Of a stretch of 64,000 nt of DNA, positions 9,370 through 19,600 are shown one piece after another. Within the stretch, counting starts at the first letter, position 1; each line of letters starts with the position of its first letter. The stretch is from the IMG/VR virus record IMGVR_UViG_3300014839_000005, positions 32,001 through 96,000 of that record. One strand, 5' to 3'. The notes beneath the pieces are model-generated. The model did not search any database. It had not been told where the DNA came from and saw only the letters and a list, made by a program, of their open reading frames with translations. The position numbers were made by a program, and so were the translations under genes. This stretch comes from a virus.

Positions 9370-9585
9370 TTACTTTAAATGTTTTTTGGTTTTAGTAATT
9401 TGGTCGGTGAGATCTTTTTCAACTACTTGCTGTTTAACATCTTCCAATTTTGCGGATAAAACAGCCTCCTTCCTGAAAATTGGAAATATGGGAGTACCTC
9501 TCATAAAAGGGAAAATGATTTGAGTAATCAATATCGCAAGTATGAGAACGACAACGACAAATTCAAACATAAACACAACAATCAT
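9370..9585 (-). CDS. Small membrane protein upstream of the SPFH gene
   Basis: Long hydrophobic N-terminus. Confidence 0.65.
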   Translation of the reverse strand: MIVVFMFEFVVVVLILAILITQIIFPFMRGTPIFPIFRKEAVLSAKLEDVKQQVVEKDLTDQITKTKKHLK

Positions 9586-9601
9586 AATATGTCCCTTTCA
9601 T

Positions 9602-9880
9602 TTATGGTAATATAATTTTGAATTTATAATTGGCTTTTTTAATCCTTTCCATTTGATTGAGTGCATCACATATGAATGTAGCGTTATCCATATCATGACC
9701 ATCGCATGTAGCGATTGTTTGTGGAACTAAATTATTTTTATTCTCCCATGGAGGCCCCCAAACTTTTTTTTCACTATCACGAATTAAAAGTTTACCATCT
9801 ATGGAGCGCTTAATTCTATATCTTGCACCTCCTGGCATACAACCTCCTGTTGGTTGCAATTCATTAATGTTATTTGACAA
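9602..9880 (-). CDS. Hypothetical protein (start uncertain)
   Basis: ORF track; overlaps the upstream ORF. Confidence 0.5.
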   Translation of the reverse strand: MSNNINELQPTGGCMPGGARYRIKRSIDGKLLIRDSEKKVWGPPWENKNNLVPQTIATCDGHDMDNATFICDALNQMERIKKANYKFKIILP

Positions 9881-10056
9881 AACTCATTTTTTACTGATTC
9901 TTTTATTGTTTCAAGTAATTGAGCAAGAAGTAAGTCTTGTTTTTGTGATTCTGATAATGGTCCTATTGCCGGACAACTCATCCTTAAAAGTTCTTGTCTT
10001 CCTTCTTGCATTACGGATAAGACTTTAGCTGTTATTCCTATACCTGCCACACTCAT
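9799..10056 (-). CDS. Hypothetical protein
   Basis: AAGGAG RBS; ATG abuts the upstream stop codon. Confidence 0.55.
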   Translation of the reverse strand: MSVAGIGITAKVLSVMQEGRQELLRMSCPAIGPLSESQKQDLLLAQLLETIKESVKNEFCQITLMNCNQQEVVCQEVQDIELSAP

Positions 10057-10355
10057 TTATTTCTCCTTAATATTACTTTGTATAAGTTTTTGCATCGCAT
10101 CTTCCACTTCAATCATATTTTTATTTCCTGCATATCTAATTACTTGTTTATGTTTGAAGTGAAAGTTATTCTTACTGGCCGGCATAATGACTAATCCTCT
10201 TGGTCTCCATTTAAGCCAACTAATGATATAGTCAGCCTCTTGCGTCTTTCCGCAACTTCCTTTTCACTCTTTTTCATGAGCTTTTTCATGAGGCTTACGC
10301 AAGGAAACCACGGGGCTTGTCCCCGTGGAGGAATTGCGTCCTCCAATTAAATAGG

Positions 10356-10384
10356 TTGACTTTTCAAGGAAAATAGAGTATAAT
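10356..10384 (+). promoter_or_regulatory. Sigma70-type promoter for tnpB, probably giving a leaderless mRNA
   Basis: TTGACT-N17-TATAAT, then ATG 7 nt later with no Shine-Dalgarno. Confidence 0.7.
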
Positions 10385-10391
10385 TAATAAT

Positions 10392-11543
10392 ATGAAAGCT
10401 ATAAGAACCATCAAACTTAAATTCACTGGGAACCATAAGGCCGATCAAATCCTCCCAAATTGGCTTGATGCGTGTAATTGGCTCTCTAAAATAATCTATG
10501 AGCAAAAAGATACTAATTCTAATCGTCTTGCAAAAATCTATTATGGAACTGTAAGAGAAAAGTTTAATCTTCCCTCCCAGCTTACCTGTACTCTTTTTAG
10601 AACCGTTACTGCTTCTTATATGTCTCAAAAAACTCAGCATAAAAAATGGAGTCTCGCGGTTTTTAGTAAACCGGTAATACCTGTCATTTGGAAAAGAGAC
10701 TTTGCTCGATCCAAAAGAGGAGTCACTCTTTGGGCCAATAAAATTACATTTAATGATCCCAGACTTCTCCCAGAAAATTGGAAAGATTCTAAAATATCTC
10801 TTCGTGGTAAACAGTGGTTTTTTAATCTTTCCTATGAGATTGATATACCAGAACCTAAAACGCAAGGCGTTATTGTTGGGACGGATCAAGGTATCAAAAG
10901 ACTTTTTGTTGCTTCTGACTCGAATAATAATAAACTGTTTTACAAAGCTAATCATCTTAACAACAAACTTTCCAACATCAGAAGAACCAGAGCTAAAGTA
11001 CAAGCGGTTGGAACCAGATCGTCTCGACAACTCTTGAAGAGAATGTCGGGACACGAGGCTTCCGTAACTGAACATGCAGTGCATGTTGCTTCCAAGAGAC
11101 TTGTAAATTGGGCTGATTCTGTTGGTGCAAGAAAAATTGTTCTTGAGGATTTGTCTAACATACGAGAAGCCTCTAAGAGTAAAGGTAAAACTCTTAGAAG
11201 TAGGATTAACCGTTGGCCTTATGGAAATTTCACGTTTTGTGTTACTTATAAGGCTGCTTCCAAGGGTATTTCTGTGGAGGTTGTTTCTCCCAAGAATACT
11301 TCTCGTATGTGTCATAGATGCGGTCATATTGACAAATCCAACAGGGACGGTTTTTTGTTCAAATGCACGAGCTGCGGTTATACCGCAGACGCGGATTGGA
11401 ACGCCAGCAAAAATATTGCGGGACGTTCTATGTCTATCGGGTTGAACTCGATAGATATGGGGAGAAGTAAATCCCCCAGAAAACCGGGTACTATTGAGAT
11501 GGTGTTGCATAACTGCGATACCTGCTCGATGCCTGTTGTTTAA
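10392..11543 (+). CDS. tnpB: TnpB RNA-guided endonuclease
   Basis: RuvC I VGTDQG, RuvC II VLEDL, zinc finger CHRCG...CTSCG, RuvC III ADADWNASKNI. Confidence 0.93.
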   Translation: MKAIRTIKLKFTGNHKADQILPNWLDACNWLSKIIYEQKDTNSNRLAKIYYGTVREKFNLPSQLTCTLFRTVTASYMSQKTQHKKWSLAVFSKPVIPVIWKRDFARSKRGVTLWANKITFNDPRLLPENWKDSKISLRGKQWFFNLSYEIDIPEPKTQGVIVGTDQGIKRLFVASDSNNNKLFYKANHLNNKLSNIRRTRAKVQAVGTRSSRQLLKRMSGHEASVTEHAVHVASKRLVNWADSVGARKIVLEDLSNIREASKSKGKTLRSRINRWPYGNFTFCVTYKAASKGISVEVVSPKNTSRMCHRCGHIDKSNRDGFLFKCTSCGYTADADWNASKNIAGRSMSIGLNSIDMGRSKSPRKPGTIEMVLHNCDTCSMPVV

Positions 11544-11621
11544 AGCCACGCCCCTTGTGGGCGTGGTAGTTTACATCTGCTTAATCTTGTTGATTCAGTT
11601 TGCATTGCCGCTTCCCTTTTT

Positions 11622-12548
11622 TCAAGTTCCTTTTGATTCATTTTCATTTCCTTTCAGTAAATACGGTTTATTAGCCATCTCTCCAAGTGTTGGCCCTTTC
11701 CAGAATGGATATACCCACCGTCTTGGTTTTTTAGATTCTGTATTAGATAAGCGCGGCCACCAATGCCCTCTTACCACAAATCTTTTATCAATTTTTCTTC
11801 CGCCACTACTAAGAGATTGGTAGTCTTTAGGTGCTGATAATGTGATGAACTTTTGGTCATGAAATTGGCCAGTCTTTATATTCTTAACAGACCTGATTCC
11901 ATGTTTTTCAGTATCACCAAGTATGCGGGTTGGATCATTAATATATAAGACGGTATTGAAGAACAGATTGGCCATATTTTTTGTATCTTCAGCTTCCATT
12001 GGAAGTATTAGCGCTCCAGGTTTTCTAGTTGCTGCACTTTGTTCTATAGTTTCATCCTGTCGCATATGCATCATAATACTTTCAAGCCCATCTTCATTAT
12101 TAACGAAAAATCCTGTTAAAGATACATTCCAATCTGGTTTAGGGACTTCTTTTCCATTATCTCCAACCCAGTGTACGTTTGGATTATTAAGAAGAATTTT
12201 GTTATCAAGAAATAAGATTCCATTGACCTTTCTAGGAGTATGTTCTGCAAAGTTTGTTTCAAACAATGTATCGTGTCCTTCAATCATGAATACATCAAAA
12301 GGATAATGAAAATCTGCAGAAGTTAAAGACCATGGAATATCCGTGTTTTTAAAAGCCTCTATGAGATCGTTAGTAAGAATAAAGGTTTTTTCACCATTTT
12401 CTATCCATGTCATGATTTTAGTTCTCATTACAGATAGATTATAGATGATTTCTTTAAACATTGGATAACTTCCAGGTCTTAGAGTTTGTTTGTCCATTAT
12501 AGTTTTAATCGTATCGATTGTCTCATCAACTTTACGAAGATAATTCAC
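11622..12548 (-). CDS. Hypothetical phage protein
   Basis: 308 aa; C-terminal VRGHW...WVYPFWKG pattern seen in phage proteins. Confidence 0.75.
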   Translation of the reverse strand: MNYLRKVDETIDTIKTIMDKQTLRPGSYPMFKEIIYNLSVMRTKIMTWIENGEKTFILTNDLIEAFKNTDIPWSLTSADFHYPFDVFMIEGHDTLFETNFAEHTPRKVNGILFLDNKILLNNPNVHWVGDNGKEVPKPDWNVSLTGFFVNNEDGLESIMMHMRQDETIEQSAATRKPGALILPMEAEDTKNMANLFFNTVLYINDPTRILGDTEKHGIRSVKNIKTGQFHDQKFITLSAPKDYQSLSSGGRKIDKRFVVRGHWWPRLSNTESKKPRRWVYPFWKGPTLGEMANKPYLLKGNENESKGT

Positions 12549-12563
12549 TTATACCTTCTTTCT

Positions 12564-12776
12564 TTAAAAGTCTTCCCAATGTGTTTTATCAACAAATGGA
12601 TGGATAGAATATGAATATTCATTTATATCATGATAGACAACGCCCCATCCGAGACATATATCACAATTAGATGTATCTCCATATCCACGAGATAATCGAC
12701 GTTCTCCTCCACATTGCCAACACATATGTTTAACATGAAATATGAATTGAATAAAATGCCAAATTTTTTTTAACAT
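12564..12776 (-). CDS. Small protein with a DnaJ-type CxxCxGxG zinc motif
   Basis: CWQCGGE...CDICLGWG. Confidence 0.6.
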   Translation of the reverse strand: MLKKIWHFIQFIFHVKHMCWQCGGERRLSRGYGDTSNCDICLGWGVVYHDINEYSYSIHPFVDKTHWEDF

Positions 12777-12979
12777 TATTCCTCCAGTTTGAACAATTCC
12801 TTTACTTTCATATTTAAAAGTTCTTTTACTTCCTCTTCCGTCAATTTAATGGATCTTCCATAATCCAACGCCACATGAATAAATTTTCCCTGTGGCGATA
12901 TGTGTTTGCATTCTATTAATGCCAGTTCAAGGCATTTGAATGCAGCCAACATCCTGTCTCCATGTTCTATTTCATTCAT
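12776..12979 (-). CDS. Hypothetical protein
   Basis: ORF track; TAATG overlap. Confidence 0.6.
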   Translation of the reverse strand: MNEIEHGDRMLAAFKCLELALIECKHISPQGKFIHVALDYGRSIKLTEEEVKELLNMKVKELFKLEE

Positions 12980-13002
12980 AATTTCTTCCTTAAAATGTTA
13001 TT

Positions 13003-13164
13003 TTACATATTAGGAGGTATTAATCGAAGTTTATCATGATAATCTTTTTGGTGTTCTTTAATGAATATTTTGCATTCGAACTTGGTGGGTTTTGAGAAGA
13101 CTTCTTTTTTTCCCGCTTTTACTCTCCAATTATAGATGGCACTTCTTCCTCTACCACCTATCAT
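13003..13164 (-). CDS. Small basic protein (53 aa, not in the ORF track)
   Basis: ATGA overlap with 13161..13520; MIGGRGRSAIYNWRVKAGKKEVFSKPTKFEC... Confidence 0.5.
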   Translation of the reverse strand: MIGGRGRSAIYNWRVKAGKKEVFSKPTKFECKIFIKEHQKDYHDKLRLIPPNM

Positions 13165-13520
13165 ATTGGACGGCATTCTTTCCTCCTTTGTTTAAAGTAT
13201 AAACGTTTCCATTCTGTTCTATGCTCAGGACAAAATCTTGGATATAGTTTTTGTCTTGGATAAAGTCGAATAACAAAGATATATCCACAGCCCCTTAATG
13301 CGCATTTAAGAGACATATCTACAACATCAAATTCTTTTGATTCGATGATACGATTTAATTTAATGATATATTTTTTTGATTTCTTTTTAGGTTTGCGGTT
13401 TTTAATATCGCGGTGTTTCATACAGTACTTACTTATAGGATGGCCAAGATAGTCGTGATGACATTCATGGCATTCCATTATTCTTAATCTTTGTCTGTTT
13501 TTGTACCTTGGTAACATCAT
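13161..13520 (-). CDS. Cys/His-rich basic protein, putative zinc-binding
   Basis: CHEC...YCMKH and C-x4-C...FCPEH repeats. Confidence 0.65.
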   Translation of the reverse strand: MMLPRYKNRQRLRIMECHECHHDYLGHPISKYCMKHRDIKNRKPKKKSKKYIIKLNRIIESKEFDVVDMSLKCALRGCGYIFVIRLYPRQKLYPRFCPEHRTEWKRLYFKQRRKECRPI

Positions 13521-13551
13521 GGGCAGGACTCCTTAATTCAGTAAAACCATA

Positions 13552-13567
13552 CCATTATAGTTATTCC
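13552..13567 (-). promoter_or_regulatory. Class-1 promoter motif
   Basis: Minus strand GGAATAACTATAATGG at the head of the left-arm transcription unit. Confidence 0.6.
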
Positions 13568-13660
13568 GAAATTTAGTGAATAATAACTAAAAAAAGTCAA
13601 GCTTTTATTTTTGCCACATTTTATGTATTTTCATTGTATACTATATTAATTAGGAGTTTT

Positions 13661-16600
13661 ATGGCTATACCATCCCACCAAGACATACTTAAGAAGCTCA
13701 GCGACTTAGACACTTCGACCAGATCCAACGTTCTGATGAATGAGACTATTAAGAATACGGTAGGAAAGATATTGTCCTCAGTAGAGAATCCTAATATAAA
13801 ATTGCAGGTCAATGACATATGGTATAAACAAAAATACGATAATGACGACATCGCTGCCCAACAATCTGTTAGAAATAAACATCAGAACTGGACTGACGAT
13901 ATCAGGGCTGATGTATCGTTAATTGATAAAGCCACTGGAAAAATCATTGATCGTAATAAAGATTTAAAGATAACTAGCGTCCCAAAATTAACTCCTCGCA
14001 ATACCTATCTCATCGGCGGTAACGAATATTCTTTCACTAAACAGAGCCGTTTAAAACCTGGTGTATATACTAGAAGGCAGGAAAATGGCGAAATTAGTTC
14101 GTTTTTTAATGTCGATAAAACTATCGATTTTGATCGTGGTTTCAATAATAATTTTAAGCTTAATTTCAATCCTGAGCGTAAGACATTTACTATGGGTTAT
14201 GGTTCAAAAAATATACCCTTATATAATGCTCTTAAAGCGGTAGATATAAAAGATGAAGATTTGATGGATAAATGGGGAAAAGATGTCGTAGAGGCAAATA
14301 GACAGGCTTATGAAAAACATGAGTTCAGGGACCAAGCAAAATTGTATGAAGCAATATTTGGTAAAGCCGCTCCTGATACTATGACTCACGATCAATTAAA
14401 AAAAGAAATTAAAGATAGGTTATTTGCGACAAAATTAAGTTCTGAAACTACAAAACTGACCCTTGGAAAAGAATATGATGGAGTGAATAAAGATGTCCTT
14501 TTAGATGCTTCTAAAAAGATTATTGATATTCATAAAGGTGAGACAGAGGGAGATGATAGAGAGTCATTGTTGTATAAATCGTTTTACGATATTGAAGATC
14601 ATGCAAGAGAAAATTTGGTTAAAAAAAGCAAGAATATTATTGGGAGTTTGATTTATAAATTAGATAAAACTAAGAACATTAATAAATCAATAAGCTCGGG
14701 ATTCTTTGACCCGTATGTGATTGGCACAATAACAAAGAATATGTTATCAAGTCCTCCCAGTCAAACAAATATTATGTCTATGATTGGGGACGGAAATAAA
14801 GTCACTGTTATGGGTGAGGGCGGTATTGGTAATGAAAATGCCGTTACTAACCAAACAAGACAATTATCCAACAGTGAAGCTGGATTTATTGATCCATTAC
14901 ATACTCCTGAAGGCGGAAATATTGGAGTTACAAATCATTTAACCATCGGCACAATTAAAGTCGGTAATGATATTTATAATTCATTTCTTAAACTTAATGG
15001 AGAAAAAGTTCTTTACCGCCCTGTTGATACCCACCCTTTAAATATTGCCTTCCCAGACCAATATGATTTATCCAGTAAAAAGCCTGAACCTCTTAGCAAT
15101 AAGATTAAAGTGTTAAATCATGGAAAATTTAAAGAAGTAAAGCCCGAAGAAGTTGATGCTATTATGGCAAGTCATGTCAACATGTTCGACCACTCAGCTA
15201 ATATGATTCCATTTCTTGATTCCATACAGCCTAATAGGGGATTAACAGCGTCAAAAATGCAGGAACAGGCCCTTACCCTTAAATTTAGAGATAAACCATT
15301 ATTTAATCTTATCAATGAAAAAGGTCAAAGTTTAAACGAAAATTTAGGTCGCGTATCTCCCACTCCACGATCTCCTGTAGATGGTGAAGTTGTGGCAATT
15401 AACCCGAATTTAATAACATTACAAGATAAGCGTGGAAATAAAGTAAAAGTACAATTATACAATAATTTTTCATTAAATGCTGAAGGCTTTATTCATAATG
15501 AGCCAGTAGTAAAAATTGGCGATAAGGTTACAAAAGATCAATTACTTGCTGATAATAATAATACTAAAAATGGTCAGATAGCATTAGGAGCTAATCTTAA
15601 AGTTGCTTACATGCCATACAAAGGCTACAATTATGAAGATTCCGCTATTATGTCTGAAAGCGCCGCAAAGAAATTAACATCTGAACACATCTATGATTTT
15701 AGCGCTAAGAAATCTGCAAACGGCCATTTTTCTAAAAACAAGTTTAGAGCATATTATCCTGAAATAATTAATACGAAACAAGCTGCAAAACTTGACTCTG
15801 ATGGTGTAATTCACCCAGGGCAGGAAGTCGACCATGGAGACGTACTGATAGCTCATCTTGAGCGAAAGGCCCCCACAGCTGATGACATAGCCCTAGGAAG
15901 GCTTGAGAAGCAACTTCGCAGAGATATGGCTAATAAGGCTGTTACTTGGGATAATGACCATAAAGGGGTCGTTACAAGCGTTGCTAAACATGGTAATACA
16001 GTTACTGTAAGTGTTAAAACTGAGGAACCTCTTAAAATTGCCGATAAAATATCGGGTTTACATGGTAATAAGCATATCATCTCCAAAATAATACCTGATC
16101 ATGAAATGCCATTTAATCCCAAAACTGGTGAGTATATGGATCTCACCATGAGCCCAATTGGTGTTTCCAATAGGATTAATACTTCTCAATTACTTGAAGC
16201 TGCTGCTGGTAAAATAGCTACTAAAACTGGAAAACAATATGAAGTAAGAAATTTTACTCAAAGTGACAATACTGAGAGAGTTTTAAATGATTTGAAAAAA
16301 AATGATTTATCAGATAAAGATATTTTAGTCGATCCGCAATCTGGTCAACCATTTAAAAATCCTATTATGAATGGTGTTTCTCATATATTAAAACTTGAAC
16401 ATAAAGTTGACCATAAATTCTCTGCAAGATATAGGGATGGACATGATTCTAATGAACAAGCCATTACTGGTGGAGAAGAGGGCGGTAAAAATCTTGGTAG
16501 AATGGAAGTAGGAGCTTTATTAGCTAGAGGCGCTACAGAAAATCTTAAAGAAATGTTTAATATTAAAGGCCAAAAGAATAATGAGTATTGGAAAGCCCTT

Positions 16601-19600
16601 GAAACTGGAGATATGCTTCCTCCGCCGGCACCATCTTTTGTTTGGAATAAACAAATAGCAATGATGCAAGGTGCTGGAATTAATGTCGTTCAAAAGGGAA
16701 AACAACTTAATCTTAAACCTATTACTGATGAAGAGATAAAAGATTTATCTAATGGTAAATTAGAGAATCCAACAGATACATATAGAAAAAAAGACCTTGC
16801 TCCTATTAAGGGTGGATTATTCGATCCTGTTAAAGCTGGTGGTATGCAAGGTGAACATTATACACATTTTGAACTTCCCGAAAAGGTGCTTAATCCTATT
16901 ACCGCTACCGCCGCGTCTACTATGCTTGATCTTACTTTAGATGGCCTTGAAGATATTATTAATGGGAAACAATTTGTTGACCAGGATTCTGGAAAACTTG
17001 TAAAGCCTGGAACGCCCAATTCTTTTTCAGGCGGTCCTGCTGTTGAAAAATTATTAAGTCAAATCAATGTTAATAAGGAACTAGAACAACTTGAAAATGA
17101 TAGTAAAGTAATTACAAATAAAACACAATTGAATAAGATTCATAGAAAAATCAGATATTTTAAATCCTTACAACAAAACAAAATGAATCCAACTGATTAC
17201 ATGATAAAAAATGTATTAGTTGTTCCATCAAAATTCAGACCAATGTTTACTATGGGTACTGACAATACAGTAATTATGTCGGATGTGAATGATTTATATC
17301 AACAAACTGCTTATACTGCTGAAGCTCTTAAGGATTTAAAAGATACCTTAAATGAAACAATTAAAGATGATAATATAAAACATATTCAACTTGCTGAGAG
17401 TAGAGGACAGTTATATCAAGATGTTAAAGCCCTTGCCGGATTAAGAGAACCAACAGCATTTTTACATAGAAGTAAGAATAAAAAAGGCTTTGTTGCTCAA
17501 ATAGATGGTGGAAAAAAGCAAACTAAAGAAGGTTTTTTCCAGGATAAGGTTATTGAGAAAAGACAAGACTTGGTTGGACGTTCAACTATTATTCTTAATC
17601 CAGAACTTGGTGGAGATCAAATTGGAATTCCCAAATTAATGGCAAATAAAATTTTTCAGCCATTTATAATGCAAAAATTAGTAAGTTGGGGATATAATCC
17701 TCTTGAGGCACAAAAACAAATTGAAGATGATACTCCTGTATTTCAAAGAGCACGTCAAGTAGTATCTGATGAACGATTAGTTATAGCTAATAGGGCCCCT
17801 TCTTTACACCGTTGGAATATGACCGCATTTAAACCTATTCTTACCGACGGCAAATCAATAGAAGTACCAGCAACATCGATACATCAAAATTTCAATGGCG
17901 ACTTTGATGGCGACTGTTTTCAAATTCATGTTCCTATAGGTGTTAAAGCTCTTGAAGAAGCTAAGAAAATGACACCATCATCTAGTATGTTAAAAACTGG
18001 ATTTGACACCGTCCTGAATAAACCTGATTTAGATATGGTAGTTGGAAGTTGGCTTATGTCGCAGGGTAGAGGCGGAAAGGCTATTAATTTAAAATATGAT
18101 TCTATTGATAAAGCAAGACAGGATTTTAAGCAGAATAAATTTACTTATGGTGACACTATTACCGTAGATGGAATTAAAGCTCCATTTGGTCTGCATGAGA
18201 TTAATTCAGTTCTTCCTGAAGATGTTAGAAAATATGATATTGAGTTAACTGGAAAAAATATTGATAATTGGATTAAAGATACCACGTTAAAACACTCTGG
18301 AAACATGGGATTAACTTTAGCTGATAAAATTAAAGATATTGGTAATAATTATTCTACTGCTTATGGATACAGTCTTGGATTAAATGATGTTAGGACTGTG
18401 AGAGATATTCGAGATCCATTATTGGTTGAAGCTAATAGTAAAATGGATAAAAAAAATCCTTTTAGTATTATCAAAGAAATTGCTAATGTAAAAGATAAAA
18501 TGATTAAATTACTTCCTGGAAGATTAAATCCCGACAATCCACTTGTGATTGCGGCTTCATCTGGTGGTGGTAGGGGATATGAAAATTCATCTCAAATAGT
18601 GGGTATGCCAGGAATAGTACTTGATGCTGATGATAGGCCAATTCCGATGCCTATTACAAAGTCTTATTCAGAAGGTCTGGATACTTCTGCTTATTGGGCT
18701 GCATCACATGGGGCAAGAGGTGCTAATATTAAAAAATCAATTCAGTCGTACAAACCTGGATGGATGACAAAAGATTTGATGAATTCAATTTATGACACAA
18801 GAATTCATCATGATATTCCAGTTGATACTGAAGGATTGGAATATAGCATTGATAATAGAAAACATGTTATGAATCGTTATTTGGCAAAAGATATAAAAGA
18901 TAGTCAAGGTAAAATTATAGCAAAACGAAATGATATCGTTGATGGAGATTTGATTAGTAAATTAAACAAAATGAAAATTAATAGTATTTTTGTTCAGTCT
19001 CCATTAACAGACCCAACTCCTGGAGATGGTATATCAAGTTGGTCATATGGAGTTGAAAATGATGGAAAGCGTTTAAAATCTGGAGATCATATTGGTGTTA
19101 TGAGCGCACACACTATTACAGAGCCATCACTTAATATGTCTATGAAAGCGTTCCATAGTGGCGGCGCTATGACTGGAACAACAGTAAATACCAAAGGTTC
19201 GGTATTTGATGCATTGGACAGAACCCTTAGATTCACTCAGGCTGTTCCTGATAAAGCTACAATGTCTACTGGTGATTCAAAAATTAAAAGTATTGAAAAA
19301 TCATCTATTGGCGGTTGGGATGTTGTTCTGGAACATAATGATGGTAGAGAAGAAACTAGATATATTGAACCAAACAATACTCCTATTATTAAAGTTGGAG
19401 ATAAGGTTAAAAAGGGCGATTTACTTTCTACTGGTAATGTGTCAATGCATGATGTACTTAAATATAAAGGAATGAAGGAAACGCAAAAATTTCTTGTTGA
19501 TGAACTTGACAAATTGAATGAAGGAAAACTAGATAGAAGAAATATTGAAGTTCTTGTACGTGGTATTGCAAATACTACAAGAGTGATGAATCCAGGCGAT

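Larger units (their letters stand above)
10299..11574 (+). mobile_element. Non-autonomous IS200/IS605-family element (tnpB only, IS1341-like)
   Basis: Left hairpin CCACGGGG-cttgt-CCCCGTGG (10308-10328) just after TTAC (10295-10298); right hairpin CCACGCCC-cttgt-GGGCGTGG (11546-11566) ending TAGTTTAC at 11574; no tnpA. Confidence 0.9.
10057..11641 (-). pseudogene. Small gene split by the IS and carrying an in-frame TGA
   Basis: Joining 11641-11575 to 10298-10057 gives 309 nt in frame: MNQKELEKREAAMQTESTRLSRCKPHEKAHEKE*KGSCGKTQEADYIISWLKWRPRG...IKEK*. Confidence 0.7.

Noticed and set aside
767-10266. Stop-codon reassignment suggested by in-frame TAA (1018-1020) and TGA (10264-10266)
   Set aside because: TAA, TAG and TGA all end well-tiled genes elsewhere (TAATG and ATGA overlaps), and both affected genes have other lesions (a frameshift and an IS insertion).
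10347-11549. 400-aa antisense ORF over tnpB
   Set aside because: A shadow frame of tnpB with no motifs.
10299-11574. IStron (group I intron-IS hybrid)
   Set aside because: There is no room for an intron core (under 100 nt before tnpB), the element is antisense to the host gene, and the host gene has a stop codon.
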